From a virus (taxonomy: Duplodnaviria > Caudoviricetes), in IMG/VR virus record IMGVR_UViG_3300028883_000009, positions 1 to 59,807 of that record: a stretch of 59,807 bases of DNA. The stretch is one strand, 5' to 3'. Under the pieces are notes generated by a model, which saw only the letters and a program-made list of their open reading frames with translations, ran no database searches and was not told the origin of the DNA. This document shows, in pieces, positions 9,512 to 19,672 of this stretch. Each line of letters starts with the position of its first letter. The stretch's first letter is position 1. The translations under genes and the position numbers were made by a program.

Positions 9512-9754
9512 TCATACGTTCTCCTCCTCTATGTAAAATTCAAATCCATGGCAGAGGGTGCTTTCAATACAATCCCTGCGTGTTTTGTGGTATCCAGTAG
9601 CACCACACCCACCCCCAACTTTGACAATCCACTCATCGCCCTCTCTTACGACCATTCCCACCAACGCCCCGTCTTTTTTAGCAAAAATCGCCTTATTCTC
9701 ACCAACGTCACCTAGACGTATTTCACAGGTATCGCCTATAATGATTTTTTTCAT
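9512..9754 (-). CDS. Hypothetical protein
   Basis: AGGAG RBS, operon context. Confidence 0.6.
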   Translation of the reverse strand: MKKIIIGDTCEIRLGDVGENKAIFAKKDGALVGMVVREGDEWIVKVGGGCGATGYHKTRRDCIESTLCHGFEFYIEEENV

Positions 9755-9756
9755 GG

Positions 9757-10086
9757 TTACTCCTTCCTCCTTAAAACGTTGTTTGCTTCACGGTTTCTGT
9801 CCTTCAGTTCACCGAGCTTACCCTTGTTCCAGCTCGATATTTTTGTAAAGTAGCCTGTGATACGGGTCATGCCCTCGACCAGTAGCCCCCGGTTGATCTC
9901 ACGTTCAAGTTCTTCGGGTGTCATTTCGTCAAGCTTGGCATACGTTACCGCCGTTGCACTGTCTGGATGGTTTTGATACCACGCAAGCTTTTCATTGCGG
10001 AACAGGATGCGCTCGTTTTCTGTTTCCACAAGATGGGAAATGTGATGGTTTGCCTCTAGGTAGTTTTCAAGTTCGAGAATTGTCAT
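9757..10086 (-). CDS. Stand-alone NrdD-like C-terminal glycyl-radical domain protein
   Basis: TRITGYFTKISSWNKGKLGELKDR matches the class III RNR C-terminal motif; only 109 aa. Confidence 0.8.
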   Translation of the reverse strand: MTILELENYLEANHHISHLVETENERILFRNEKLAWYQNHPDSATAVTYAKLDEMTPEELEREINRGLLVEGMTRITGYFTKISSWNKGKLGELKDRNREANNVLRRKE

Positions 10087-10988
10087 TGTTTCACCGCTTC
10101 CTCAATTTGTTTCATGTAATCGCTATTTGCGTTTTTTAATGCCTGCTTTTCTGCCATATGTGCCTGTTCGACACGTTTCTGACCCTGCTCGTTCCACCGA
10201 CTGCGAGCTACAGCCTTGACATAACCCGTGGGGTCACGGTTCTTAAAATCGAAATATTCCTTCTTTAAAACGGCATCTATCCCGGCAAGCATGTTCTGCT
10301 CCCCGAATTTCTCTGAAATGTTCATTAGGGAGTCAAGCGTGTTCGCCACCCTTGATTCTGCCAGACAACCCGTCTTGTTGTTCAACCTCATACGCTCTAT
10401 AAACGTGATGATTGGTGTCATTTTTGAAATAGAAATTTTTTCTTTTATGAAAACAGCTAAAGTTTCTTTAGCGCAGAGTTTCGGCGTATTTATTGTTATA
10501 TTACTATTATTACTATTGATAGGTTTCACATCTGAAACCAGATATGTTTCACATATGAAACCAGATGATTTCACATTTGAAACCTGCCCCCCCTCGCCAT
10601 CTTGTTTCAAATCTGAAACCTTATTTTTTTTTGAGGTTTCATTTTTGAAACCAGATTCCCATGTGTCATAAAACTTGTTGAACAAGTATCTGTTTGTCGA
10701 TTTTTTGTTGTGTTCGACTTGAATAATATGCATATCTTCTAACTTCTTGATAGCCCTCCAAATGGTTGCTTTTGACATACAGGTTTCTCCCATCATTTGT
10801 GACCATGATATATAATCATGTTTCTTGTTGTATCCCCATGTTTTATCTATAATGAGTAAAACGAGTTTAAATTCGGCACCACCAATATCAATACGCACAA
10901 GCTCTCGCAGTATTTCCGTATTTATTCTTCTATGACCGTCTTCTTTCTGTGGGTTGATTTTCGACTTTCCCCTAAACTCGTTTTTCAT
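10083..10988 (-). CDS. Replication initiator (lambda O-like N-terminal wHTH)
   Basis: IIDKTWGYNKKHDYIS...SKATIWRAIKKLE; internal iterons. Confidence 0.85.
   Translation of the reverse strand: MKNEFRGKSKINPQKEDGHRRINTEILRELVRIDIGGAEFKLVLLIIDKTWGYNKKHDYISWSQMMGETCMSKATIWRAIKKLEDMHIIQVEHNKKSTNRYLFNKFYDTWESGFKNETSKKNKVSDLKQDGEGGQVSNVKSSGFICETYLVSDVKPINSNNSNITINTPKLCAKETLAVFIKEKISISKMTPIITFIERMRLNNKTGCLAESRVANTLDSLMNISEKFGEQNMLAGIDAVLKKEYFDFKNRDPTGYVKAVARSRWNEQGQKRVEQAHMAEKQALKNANSDYMKQIEEAVKQ
10487..10652. promoter_or_regulatory. Replication origin: five 18-bp palindromic iterons plus AT-rich tract
   Basis: TTTCA-N4-TGAAACC at 10522, 10545, 10567, 10603, 10635; AT-rich 10487-10520. Confidence 0.8.
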
Positions 10989-12252
10989 TGACTTCCTCAT
11001 ACCTGTTGTATTTTGAGTTCCACGTAACCTCTATTTTCGGTATGGTCTGCCCGTGCCTGTTCTTGGCAAGTTCAATATAGTCGGGGTCAACGTGCTGTAC
11101 CGCTTCGTCTTTATCCCTGCTAAAAAGGGATGGACGGTTGATAAAAACTATGTAATCAGCATCGTGGCCTATCGCTTCGGACTCACGCAAATCACCCATA
11201 CGGATAATACCACCCCTGTTTTCCGGTTCCTTATTTAACTGCGACAGGGCAACAATGGCAATATTGAGTTGCATGGCAAGGCGTTTCAGGGATCGACTCA
11301 CACCGGCAACCTGTACGTGTCGTGATTCACCTTTAACGGTGTTTTCTATTAGTTGGATATAATCGACCACAACGAACCGTATTTTCTTCTGGATAACAAA
11401 TGACCGGATTTTAAGGAGGATGTCAGACAAGGTGTTTGCCGTATCGACAAAACTAAACGGATATTTACGATACATGTCCAATGCCCCGACCATTTCTATT
11501 TCCTCTGTTTCGTTGAGCATCCCGGTTTTTACGGTTAGTGGCTGTAGTCCGGTCTTTTTCTGTAATAGATACAGGTAAACTTCTGGTGATTGTGATTCCA
11601 GGGACACATATAACGATGGAACACCACATGAACCGACATTGTGGAAGAAATCAAGGGCGAGGGTGCTTTTCCCGTGTGATGACCGACCCCCGATTATTGT
11701 AAGCGTTCCAGCTTGAAAACCGCCTGTAACAAGGTCGAGTTTCTTGAAACCGGACGGTATTTCATACTGCGGCACACCATCTTTTCTTTTTGCCTTCTGT
11801 GCCTTGTATTGTTTCCAGACGGTTCTACCCACATCTTCCCTGTTTTCGTCCGTGCGAGAGGTTATATTGAATATCCCCGTGGTGAGTTCTTCTATCGTGG
11901 TATTGATGTTGTCGGGGTCTTTCTTGATCTCTGTCTGTGCTTTCTTGAGAGCAATGTCAAGATTCTTTTTTATGCCGTTCTGTTGCAGGACTTCAATGTA
12001 ATAAGAGATATTACCGTACAAGTGGAAGTAGTTCCCGATAAAAGAATGGTCAAGCTGTGTCTTTGCAATGGTTTTGACTGTAACAAAATCTACGGGCTTG
12101 TTTTCGGTGAATAGTTTTTGAATGGTGCGGAATGTTTCAGCATTGCCGGTGTCGTTGAAATCGTGCGGTGACAGTTCATCCACCACCCGTGGCAACACTT
12201 CGGGTTCGTTAATACAGCAGTCAATTACAACCCGTTCTGCTTCAATGGTCAT
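10972..12252 (-). CDS. dnaB: Replicative DNA helicase
   Basis: Walker A GGRSSHGKST, VVDYIQL, LSQLN, DLRES, KNRHG. Confidence 0.95.
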   Translation of the reverse strand: MTIEAERVVIDCCINEPEVLPRVVDELSPHDFNDTGNAETFRTIQKLFTENKPVDFVTVKTIAKTQLDHSFIGNYFHLYGNISYYIEVLQQNGIKKNLDIALKKAQTEIKKDPDNINTTIEELTTGIFNITSRTDENREDVGRTVWKQYKAQKAKRKDGVPQYEIPSGFKKLDLVTGGFQAGTLTIIGGRSSHGKSTLALDFFHNVGSCGVPSLYVSLESQSPEVYLYLLQKKTGLQPLTVKTGMLNETEEIEMVGALDMYRKYPFSFVDTANTLSDILLKIRSFVIQKKIRFVVVDYIQLIENTVKGESRHVQVAGVSRSLKRLAMQLNIAIVALSQLNKEPENRGGIIRMGDLRESEAIGHDADYIVFINRPSLFSRDKDEAVQHVDPDYIELAKNRHGQTIPKIEVTWNSKYNRYEEVNEKRV

Positions 12253-12447
12253 ACAAAAACCCTTCTGAGATAATGCAAAGCACCCGCATAGTTGCGGTCA
12301 TACTTCAGCACCACGTAAACGCATTGGAGCATTACCGTGCGTTTACACCCGATTACTTTTTTAAGGATTTTCCAAAACATAGGATTCACCCGCAAACTTT
12401 GTTGGCATGTTATTTTTTTTGTAGTTATGTGTATACATTTGCCTACA

Positions 12448-12666
12448 CTAATCCACTTGCAATTTATCACCGTTTGACCCATTATTTATGACATGATCAA
12501 CAGCAGAGGGGCCGAAATGTTCAAAGGTATCAACACCGGCTTCAAGGAGATAACGAATGGTATCAGCATATGATCGGCGGGTTTTAGAGGCAATGAGTTG
12601 TATTTTTTCTCTAAGGTCAAAAGGAAGGCGTAAAGTGTCAGGGTTTGCTTTTTTACAGTCAGACAT
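12448..12666 (-). CDS. Arc/ribbon-helix-helix regulator (Cro position)
   Basis: TLRLPFDLREKIQLIA...RSYADTIRYLLE; divergent from the repressor. Confidence 0.75.
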   Translation of the reverse strand: MSDCKKANPDTLRLPFDLREKIQLIASKTRRSYADTIRYLLEAGVDTFEHFGPSAVDHVINNGSNGDKLQVD

Positions 12667-12778
12667 ATACAATCTCCTTATCAGGAATTATTTGCATGTG
12701 TAGAAAAAATATGTCATAAAATAGTGTTGCCTGCTCGTCTATTACAAGATGTGGTACTATTTATTTTAAATTGTGCTT

Positions 12779-12808
12779 ACAATAACACACATATAGTGTA
12801 CGTGTCAA
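12779..12808 (-). promoter_or_regulatory. Sigma70-type leftward early promoter
   Basis: TTGACA-18 nt-TATTGT with extended TGn. Confidence 0.6.
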
Positions 12809-12826
12809 GAACTTTATGGAGGTAGA

Positions 12827-13372
12827 ATGAAAAAAAACGAAATAAAAACCCCAACAGAACTCCTTGACCTGTTGTGTCATCATTACGGCCTCGGTGATGA
12901 CACAGAACGGGCAAGGGCCATTGGGAAAACAAGACCAACGTATAACAGGAAAAAGACCGGCGCACTCTCCGTTGTTATAGATGATTTAGTTGCCCTTGCT
13001 AAAACCTCACGGCAAAACCTGGGGGAAATGTTGATAGATGTGTTCGGGACTGAACCCGTTACATTGTCAGAGACAGAGCAAAAACTTATCGCCTCATATA
13101 AAACCGACCGCAACTTCCAACGACTCTTTACAAACTATCAAAAATTTCGGGGGCTGTCTGAACATAGTCAAGACGTTTTTACAACGCTGTTGAAGGATTT
13201 GTTCGGCTTATTCCGAGAAACGGGCGATATAATTGAAATATCTGTCACGCCGGGAAACAGGAAGTATTTTGAGATGTTTTTGTCTTTGCCGGAAGATTGC
13301 CGGGAAAGGGTGTTCAGGTTGATCCAGTTTGAAGATAAAAAGCAAAATAAGCGTAAAATATCGAAAAAATAG
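12827..13372 (+). CDS. Putative CI-like repressor (N-terminal HTH, no S24 domain)
   Basis: ARAIGKTRPTYNRKKTG HTH; GGAGG RBS; divergent switch position. Confidence 0.7.
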   Translation: MKKNEIKTPTELLDLLCHHYGLGDDTERARAIGKTRPTYNRKKTGALSVVIDDLVALAKTSRQNLGEMLIDVFGTEPVTLSETEQKLIASYKTDRNFQRLFTNYQKFRGLSEHSQDVFTTLLKDLFGLFRETGDIIEISVTPGNRKYFEMFLSLPEDCRERVFRLIQFEDKKQNKRKISKK

Positions 13373-13572
13373 GGGTTTCACCCCATAAAGTTTCTGGCAG
13401 TTTTGCCGATAGGATAGATTGACATCTACCAACCAACCCAAAAAACACCTATATTATCTAAGGGGGGGTATGACACTTTCGGCAATGCGGCTGCTAAGGC
13501 AACTAAAACTGGACGAAATTATAGACGTGTGTGAATACATTAAATTCATCATTTACATTAGGGAGGACGAAA

Positions 13573-13893
13573 ATGAAGGGGATATTTGTTGTACTGGTAA
13601 TGTTGTTAACCTTTGGGACAACTGCAAACGCAGGACTTAACATTTTTAGCAGCAACAATGAGCAGTACGGGATCATGGCGATTTACACGCTACAAGCAGC
13701 CGACTACGCACAGAACCGGGCAGCTATGCTTGCTATGTATGGACAGTATGAGGATGCCACAGACTTGCTTGAGGCCGCAAACGAGCTTTCTGAAAAATCA
13801 ACGGAATACTTTGAGTCTATCTGGTGGGATATATCCACATCTGATTATGAGGGTTTTCGGGTCATACAGCAGCAGATTATTGACTTGCCGTAA
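13573..13893 (+). CDS. Secreted protein in the immunity region (possible superinfection exclusion)
   Basis: GGAGG RBS; signal peptide MKGIFVVLVMLLTFGTTANA; followed by a terminator. Confidence 0.65.
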   Translation: MKGIFVVLVMLLTFGTTANAGLNIFSSNNEQYGIMAIYTLQAADYAQNRAAMLAMYGQYEDATDLLEAANELSEKSTEYFESIWWDISTSDYEGFRVIQQQIIDLP

Positions 13894-13900
13894 AGCCACA

Positions 13901-13934
13901 GGGTCATGTTTTTTTTTACATGACCCCTTTTTTT
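13901..13934 (+). terminator. Rho-independent terminator
   Basis: GGGTCATGT...ACATGACCC stem plus T run. Confidence 0.75.
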
Positions 13935-13948
13935 GTCTAAAAAAGTAC

Positions 13949-13978
13949 TTGACAAGAACATCTAGGCTGTGCTATATA
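13949..13978 (+). promoter_or_regulatory. Sigma70-type rightward early promoter
   Basis: TTGACA-18 nt-TATATA with extended TGn and A-tract upstream. Confidence 0.65.
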
Positions 13979-14096
13979 CGTATTTAAAGACAAAAAATTG
14001 CCCCTCCCCGCCGACCAAGCAAAGAAGGGGCAAAAGAGCGAAACCCCAAAGAAGGGGATTCAATGTCAAACGTAGCACACAACTATAAAATTAGCA

Positions 14097-14150
14097 ACCC
14101 CGTCTACGGTCTGTCCCTTGCGTCCAGTCCCGTGGGCGGGGTTTTTTTTT
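14097..14150 (+). terminator. Leader terminator/attenuator
   Basis: AACCCCGTCTACGG...CCGTGGGCGGGGTT stem plus T run, before the first early gene. Confidence 0.65.
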
Positions 14151-14171
14151 AATAACAGATAGGGGGTAGGT

Positions 14172-15065
14172 ATGAAAGGTTATAAGGTTTTTGGTTCGGA
14201 TTGGACATGTCAGGATTTCCAATACGAAGTAGGGCAGACATACGAGATGGACGGCAATATTGAACTGTGTTGCCGGGGTTTCCACTTTTGCAAAAACCCC
14301 ACCGACTGTTTTAATTATTATTCCTTCAATCCAAAAAACAAGGTTGCTGAAGTAGAAGCACTCGGCAATGTGCTGATCGAAAACGAAGGCAATTCGAAGT
14401 GTTGTACAAATAAAATCCACATCGTCAAAAAAATACCGTGGGACGAGGTTTTGAAAATAGTCAATACGGGTAATTACAACACTGGTTGTGGTAACTCCGG
14501 GGACAGTAACTCCGGGTACAGTAACTCCGGGGACAGTAACTCCGGGTACAGGAACTCTGGGGGCAGGAACTCCGGGGACAGTAACTCCGGGGACAGTAAC
14601 TCCGGGTACAGTAACTCCGGGTACAGTAACTCCGGGGACAGTAACTCCGGGGACAGGAACTCCGGGGACAGGAACTCCGGGGACAGGAACTCCGGGGACA
14701 GTAACTCCGGGGATTGCAATGCCTGTAACAATTCGTCTGGCGTTTTCAACTCCAAAGAACAGTCTATTTATATCTTCAACAGAAAATCCCAACTTACCCT
14801 TAATGAATGGCGAAAAAGCGAAGCATATAGCATTGTGTGCAGAATGACCACAACTGTCTGGGTTTGGGAAAGCGACATGTCAGACGAAGAAATGGAAGCG
14901 AACCCAAAACACGAAACATTGGGCGGGTATTTAAAGGTCTTTAAATATAAAGAGGCGTGGAAAATCTGGTGGGACAAGCTGGACAGCGAAGAAAAAGACA
15001 CTATTCGTGCAATACCGAATTTCAACAAAAAAGTTTTTAAGGAGATAACAGGTATAGACGCCTGA
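14172..15065 (+). CDS. Phage protein with xxNSG pentapeptide repeats
   Basis: GYKVF...GFHFC N-terminal domain, 15 xxNSG units, C-terminal IPNF..FKEITGID; common phage family. Confidence 0.85.
   Translation: MKGYKVFGSDWTCQDFQYEVGQTYEMDGNIELCCRGFHFCKNPTDCFNYYSFNPKNKVAEVEALGNVLIENEGNSKCCTNKIHIVKKIPWDEVLKIVNTGNYNTGCGNSGDSNSGYSNSGDSNSGYRNSGGRNSGDSNSGDSNSGYSNSGYSNSGDSNSGDRNSGDRNSGDRNSGDSNSGDCNACNNSSGVFNSKEQSIYIFNRKSQLTLNEWRKSEAYSIVCRMTTTVWVWESDMSDEEMEANPKHETLGGYLKVFKYKEAWKIWWDKLDSEEKDTIRAIPNFNKKVFKEITGIDA
14493..14711 (+). repeat. 15-bp coding tandem repeat, 15 copies (AACTCCGGGKACAGK)
   Basis: Directly visible with period 15. Confidence 0.95.
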
Positions 15066-15515
15066 CCCGACCGACACGCACGGCGGGAACGGGTGCAATA
15101 TTTCCCCGGCCCAACAGTCCCATGCCACGCAGACCACAGGTAGCCACAGAGCACCAGGTCAGGCAATGGAGCAGCCGGGGGAGCGGCAGGAACCCAAAAT
15201 ATACGAAAGCAGGTTAACAGAGAAAGGTGGTGGTTATATGGCTGTGCGAAACAAAACCGAATAAAACCATTATATAACCGGGAAAGCAAATTTTGATAAA
15301 AGTGTGTAGCCCCCGCTCTGACGGTGGGTGGGGGTATTTTTAAAGGAGATAAGTAATGTGCTCAATAACCCCATGTCCTGACAATAACCCCATCCGGTGC
15401 GACAACTGCCAAGGTTACGTTGACGGCGAGTGTCGGTGCGGGTTGAGCAGGCACAGGGGGAAGGCACGGGAAGCGGGGCAATACTGCGAGTTTATTGCAT
15501 ATAAGGAGGACAACC

Positions 15516-15788
15516 ATGTATCAACAGACGTCAATGCAGGCGTTTATAGACGTGTACCCAAAACTGCCGACAAAGAGGTTGCGGGTGATGTGTGAGATAC
15601 AACGGGGTGGCATTAAGGGGCGTACCAATGAAGAAATATCACGCAATCTGGGCCTTTCCATTAACTCCGTTACGCCACGGGTAAACGAGCTTGTCAAACT
15701 TCGCCTGGTCGCTGATTCCGGTATACACCGCAAGAACAAGTCGGGCGTAAAAGCTATTGTATGGATTTCAACGGAGCACGTATCATGA
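15516..15788 (+). CDS. Winged-HTH DNA-binding protein
   Basis: TNEEISRNLGLSINSVTPRVNELVK; AAGGAGG RBS. Confidence 0.8.
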   Translation: MYQQTSMQAFIDVYPKLPTKRLRVMCEIQRGGIKGRTNEEISRNLGLSINSVTPRVNELVKLRLVADSGIHRKNKSGVKAIVWISTEHVS

Positions 15789-16520
15789 ATGGCACACCAA
15801 CAGTTGATATAACACCCAAGACCCTGTTACTTGCGATCGTGCTTAGTCTGTGTATCGCAGCGGGTAGTTTTTGCGTGTTACAGGGTTTGTTCTGGTGCTG
15901 TGAAAATATCTGGAAAGAGGACGGGGCGAGGGTGGCACAGCCCGAAAAGTATACATACGTTTACAAATATAGGGGGTAATATGTGGGCAAAATTCTACAC
16001 ATTTCTGAAAGACCTGACAACTGTGGTACTGCTTTTCGGTTCTCTGTTTGCGTTGCTGTGGATAGGCTACGGGTACGACAACTGCCACAAATGGGAAGCA
16101 ATCGCACGGCAACAGGCACAGGAAATGGCGTGTTACAAGGTTGAGGCCGACCTACAGCGTAATCTAAGGTTATATGAAAGGAAACAACAACATGGATATA
16201 ACAATGCAGGATGTATCGGGATTGGTGGGGATAACCACACCGTCATCCGTTAAAGAAGATAGACCTTTGCTGTGCAAGCTCGCAGCCTGTCCTTACAGGC
16301 GTGTACGGGAGAACTACCCGCACAACCACCCCGAATATGAGTCGGCCTGTAAGCACACGGGCAACGACTGCGGCATGTGGGTGGACGTAAAAACATGCCC
16401 GATGTTTGAGCGTGTTCCGATGAAGTGTGTTGAGTGCGGGGCAGACGATAACTGGTTCCACATGGAGGAACATTTCACGTTCTGCCGAAACTGTGGGTAT
16501 GAAGACGATTTGGAGGCGAC

Positions 16521-17510
16521 ATGATTGCTGACGTAATCCACAAGGTAGCCCAAATTGAGGGCAACCAGAACGAAAGCAAGTATCATCCCCGTCCGTCACT
16601 TGCCGACCCTGAGAAGTGCATACGGCAACTTGACTACTTCCGCCAGGGATACGAGAAGACCCCGCTTCCTGGTCGGACATATATCGTCTTTGATGACGGG
16701 AATTGGCACGAAGAACTGACTATTGAATGGATCAACAAGACGGCGTTTAAACTCCATTCACAGCAGATGAAAATCGAATCCCACGGACTGAATGGCAGTA
16801 TTGACGGCATCCTGACAGACATTCTCGGCGTTGACAGGTTGTTTGAGCATAAGGCAATCAATCACTTCACATTTGAACGGTTCTGGTCTGGAACACTTCC
16901 GCTTGGTTATTTCACGCAGATGGCAATCTATCTTGACGGACTCCAACAGGACAACCCCGACATACAGGAAGGTATCTTATTAATAAAGAATAAGAACACG
17001 GGGCAGTACCTTGAGTTCTTGGTTCACTACGCAGACGATACCGCAATCGTCACCAAATGCACCCACTCTGCCGAAGGCGAAACCAAGGAGTTGTTCGTCT
17101 ACATGCCGGGAATCGTGAGTCGTGCCGTACAGAGGTTTGAAGAAATCGAACAGTACGCCCGTGAAGGCAAGTTGCATGACCGACCCTACTTTCTCGGTGA
17201 GGATTGGCAGTGCGATTACTGCCAGTATGCGGAAACGTGTTGGGACGGATACATTGCAGAGGTTGACCACCGGAGCGAAAAAGGGGTCATAGAGGGCGAC
17301 ATTGCCCATGTGTGCCACGAAAGGGTTGGGGTTGCGGAACTCGAAAAGGAATTTAAAAAGAACAAGGAAAACCTCAACCACACAATCAAGGAGTGGCTCC
17401 GTGACCACAACTATAAAAAAGCAGTCGGTGACGGGTTTTCCGTCACCCTGAACGTAAAGGAAAAGGCTGGGAAACAGTCTGAAACCCTGTATGTCAGGAG
17501 GGTAAAATGA
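16521..17510 (+). CDS. PD-(D/E)XK Cas4/RecB-like exonuclease
   Basis: GSIDGIL...EHK, QMAIY, N-terminal Cys and CDYCQY...C cluster. Confidence 0.85.
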   Translation: MIADVIHKVAQIEGNQNESKYHPRPSLADPEKCIRQLDYFRQGYEKTPLPGRTYIVFDDGNWHEELTIEWINKTAFKLHSQQMKIESHGLNGSIDGILTDILGVDRLFEHKAINHFTFERFWSGTLPLGYFTQMAIYLDGLQQDNPDIQEGILLIKNKNTGQYLEFLVHYADDTAIVTKCTHSAEGETKELFVYMPGIVSRAVQRFEEIEQYAREGKLHDRPYFLGEDWQCDYCQYAETCWDGYIAEVDHRSEKGVIEGDIAHVCHERVGVAELEKEFKKNKENLNHTIKEWLRDHNYKKAVGDGFSVTLNVKEKAGKQSETLYVRRVK

Positions 17511-18430
17511 ACTCATTTGTTCCAAGGGTATCACAGATAAAAGGTGTTTCCCATGTAAGGCGGTTGCCACGACTCGGCAAGATTCGACTCGGCCTAAAGG
17601 TCAAAAATAATGGCAAAGAGTTTCCCACAGAAACAGATTACTTTGTCTGCCCACCGGAGGTACAGGCGGTTTTCGGGGAGAAACCGAAAGAACTGAAAAT
17701 CATGTTCCCCCTGAACGACCCGCTTGCCGTGTTCCCGCAGGCGTACACGTATTACGGCAAGAGCAAGGGTATTAAGTGCAAGGGCAATGGTGAAACAGCC
17801 TATGTGCACAACAGCGTGTGTAAGGGTGGATGCAGAAATCACGACACGGACGATATATGGCATGAACGGAACTGCCCGTGTAAACTGCTTGAAACAAAAC
17901 AATGCTCTATGGTGGCGCACCTTCTGTTTATGATCCCCGATGTGTCAATAGGGGGCGTGTATCAGCTTGACACGGGTTCATATCACAGCATCGTAGACGT
18001 GAACAGCGGGATTGACTATGTACGGGCGGTTATGATGGATGCAACGGGGCATGACAAGTTTTCCCAAATCCCGCTTATCCTATCCAGGGAACCCCGTAAG
18101 ACGGGTGGGGGTGAAACGGGCGTACAGCAGACACACTACACGCTCAACCTGAGAATACCCCCAGACACGACCATTGCGGAACTTGCCGAGCACAACAAGA
18201 AACTGGGGTTGACGACAGCACAGAACCTTGCACTTCCTGAACCGGAAGAACACAACCCAGAATATGACAAACCGGACGTTGTTGAAAACGACAACGAAGA
18301 TGAAACCACCGAAACCGTAAAATGTCCGAACCTTATGGACAGGGAAATACCCACAACAGAATGTGAGAACTGCCCTAACAGGTGTATAGACGGTGTTGAC
18401 TGCCCCGCATGGCAGAAGGGGGTGGCATGA
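17507..18430 (+). CDS. Putative recombination protein (recombination directionality factor/Gp3-like family)
   Basis: RLPRLGKIRLG...YFV...CKGNGE...GGVYQLDTGS; paired with the exonuclease. Confidence 0.7.
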   Translation: MNSFVPRVSQIKGVSHVRRLPRLGKIRLGLKVKNNGKEFPTETDYFVCPPEVQAVFGEKPKELKIMFPLNDPLAVFPQAYTYYGKSKGIKCKGNGETAYVHNSVCKGGCRNHDTDDIWHERNCPCKLLETKQCSMVAHLLFMIPDVSIGGVYQLDTGSYHSIVDVNSGIDYVRAVMMDATGHDKFSQIPLILSREPRKTGGGETGVQQTHYTLNLRIPPDTTIAELAEHNKKLGLTTAQNLALPEPEEHNPEYDKPDVVENDNEDETTETVKCPNLMDREIPTTECENCPNRCIDGVDCPAWQKGVA

Positions 18431-18608
18431 GCAACGACATCCCTATTGAGACAAAATGTGGTTATTACGAAGCACAGTTTAGTTACCTCCAAAGGATTAT
18501 AGAATGTGTCGCAGAAGCGGAAACCCTGCAAGAAGCAAAAAGTTATGTTCGCACAGCACAAGACATACTCAAAAAGGTAACGCTTGAACGCATTGCGGAG
18601 AAAGTGGC

Positions 18609-18941
18609 ATGAGCAAAACAGAACAGAAGGTCGCTGCGGCAATGGCTCTGCATGACAACGGCATGACGATAAATCAGATCAAAAAGCTCCTAAAGATTGA
18701 TTCACGCACTCTGTTTAAATATTCGCCCCCCGACTATGAATGGAACAGGCACCGGGGATATAAACACAGGATCGGTGGCGAAACCGTTACGTTTAACGGG
18801 TGTACCCTTAAAAACGCCAGAGAGGGAACACGGTGCGATAAGTGGGATACGTGTCCACACGCATATGAGTGCCTTGGTTATATCGCAAGGGAGAAACCAA
18901 ACTGGCAAGGCATGGAGAGGGTAACAACCCCGGCACAATAA
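18609..18941 (+). CDS. HTH plus Cys-rich hypothetical protein
   Basis: GMTINQIKKLLKIDSRTL. Confidence 0.55.
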   Translation: MSKTEQKVAAAMALHDNGMTINQIKKLLKIDSRTLFKYSPPDYEWNRHRGYKHRIGGETVTFNGCTLKNAREGTRCDKWDTCPHAYECLGYIAREKPNWQGMERVTTPAQ

Positions 18942-19672
18942 TAACGTTCACTCCGTTTTGTGTTGCCGGGAAATAGAGCCGGGGGGCGTGGTGCTCCCCG
19001 GCATATCAAAGGAGATGGCATGGAAGCATGGATTGAAAAACTTGCAGAGGAATGTGGGACGTATAAGGTGAAATACCAAATACTGCTTGACCACATTAAA
19101 ATACTTGTCAACATGAACGACCCCGAATTTTCCCAAAAACAGTTGCGAGAAATTGTTACGAAACAAGAGGTAGAAAATGCATAAATACGACCCCGTAACG
19201 GGTGAAATACTTGTTAACGGCAAGTGGTACGATGCCGGGTCAGACGAACTGCGGGAAGCACTTGAACGTGAGGAATACGAGCTTGAACGCAAGGCAGACG
19301 CAAGAAGGGAGGAGGAAGCATGACGATAGTTGATATGGGGAAAAATGTTGACCACGAACCAATACTTGAGGAACCCGAAACGGGAGACTTCCAAGAAGGG
19401 CAACTTGTGAAAATCAACAACGGTGAAAGACTGAGTTTCGGCAGAATACTCAAGATTGATTGGTCGGTCATACCGCCCACGGCAATCATAGAGTTGAGGG
19501 TGTAGGGGGTGGGCAGACTGTCTCAAATTATATGGTTGTTTAATCGGGATGAATTGCCAGATAAATACACACGGGCAACCCGATACACACATATACGTGT
19601 AACTGATGAAATGAAGAAAGATAGGCGTAAGTATCGCAGGGAAATGAAAAAACAACAAAAGGAGAAAACACA

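Noticed and set aside
14493-14711. CRISPR array
   Set aside because: Contiguous 15-bp in-frame coding repeats with no unique spacers.
16521-17510. CRISPR-associated cas4
   Set aside because: No other cas genes or array; it sits in a normal phage recombination module.
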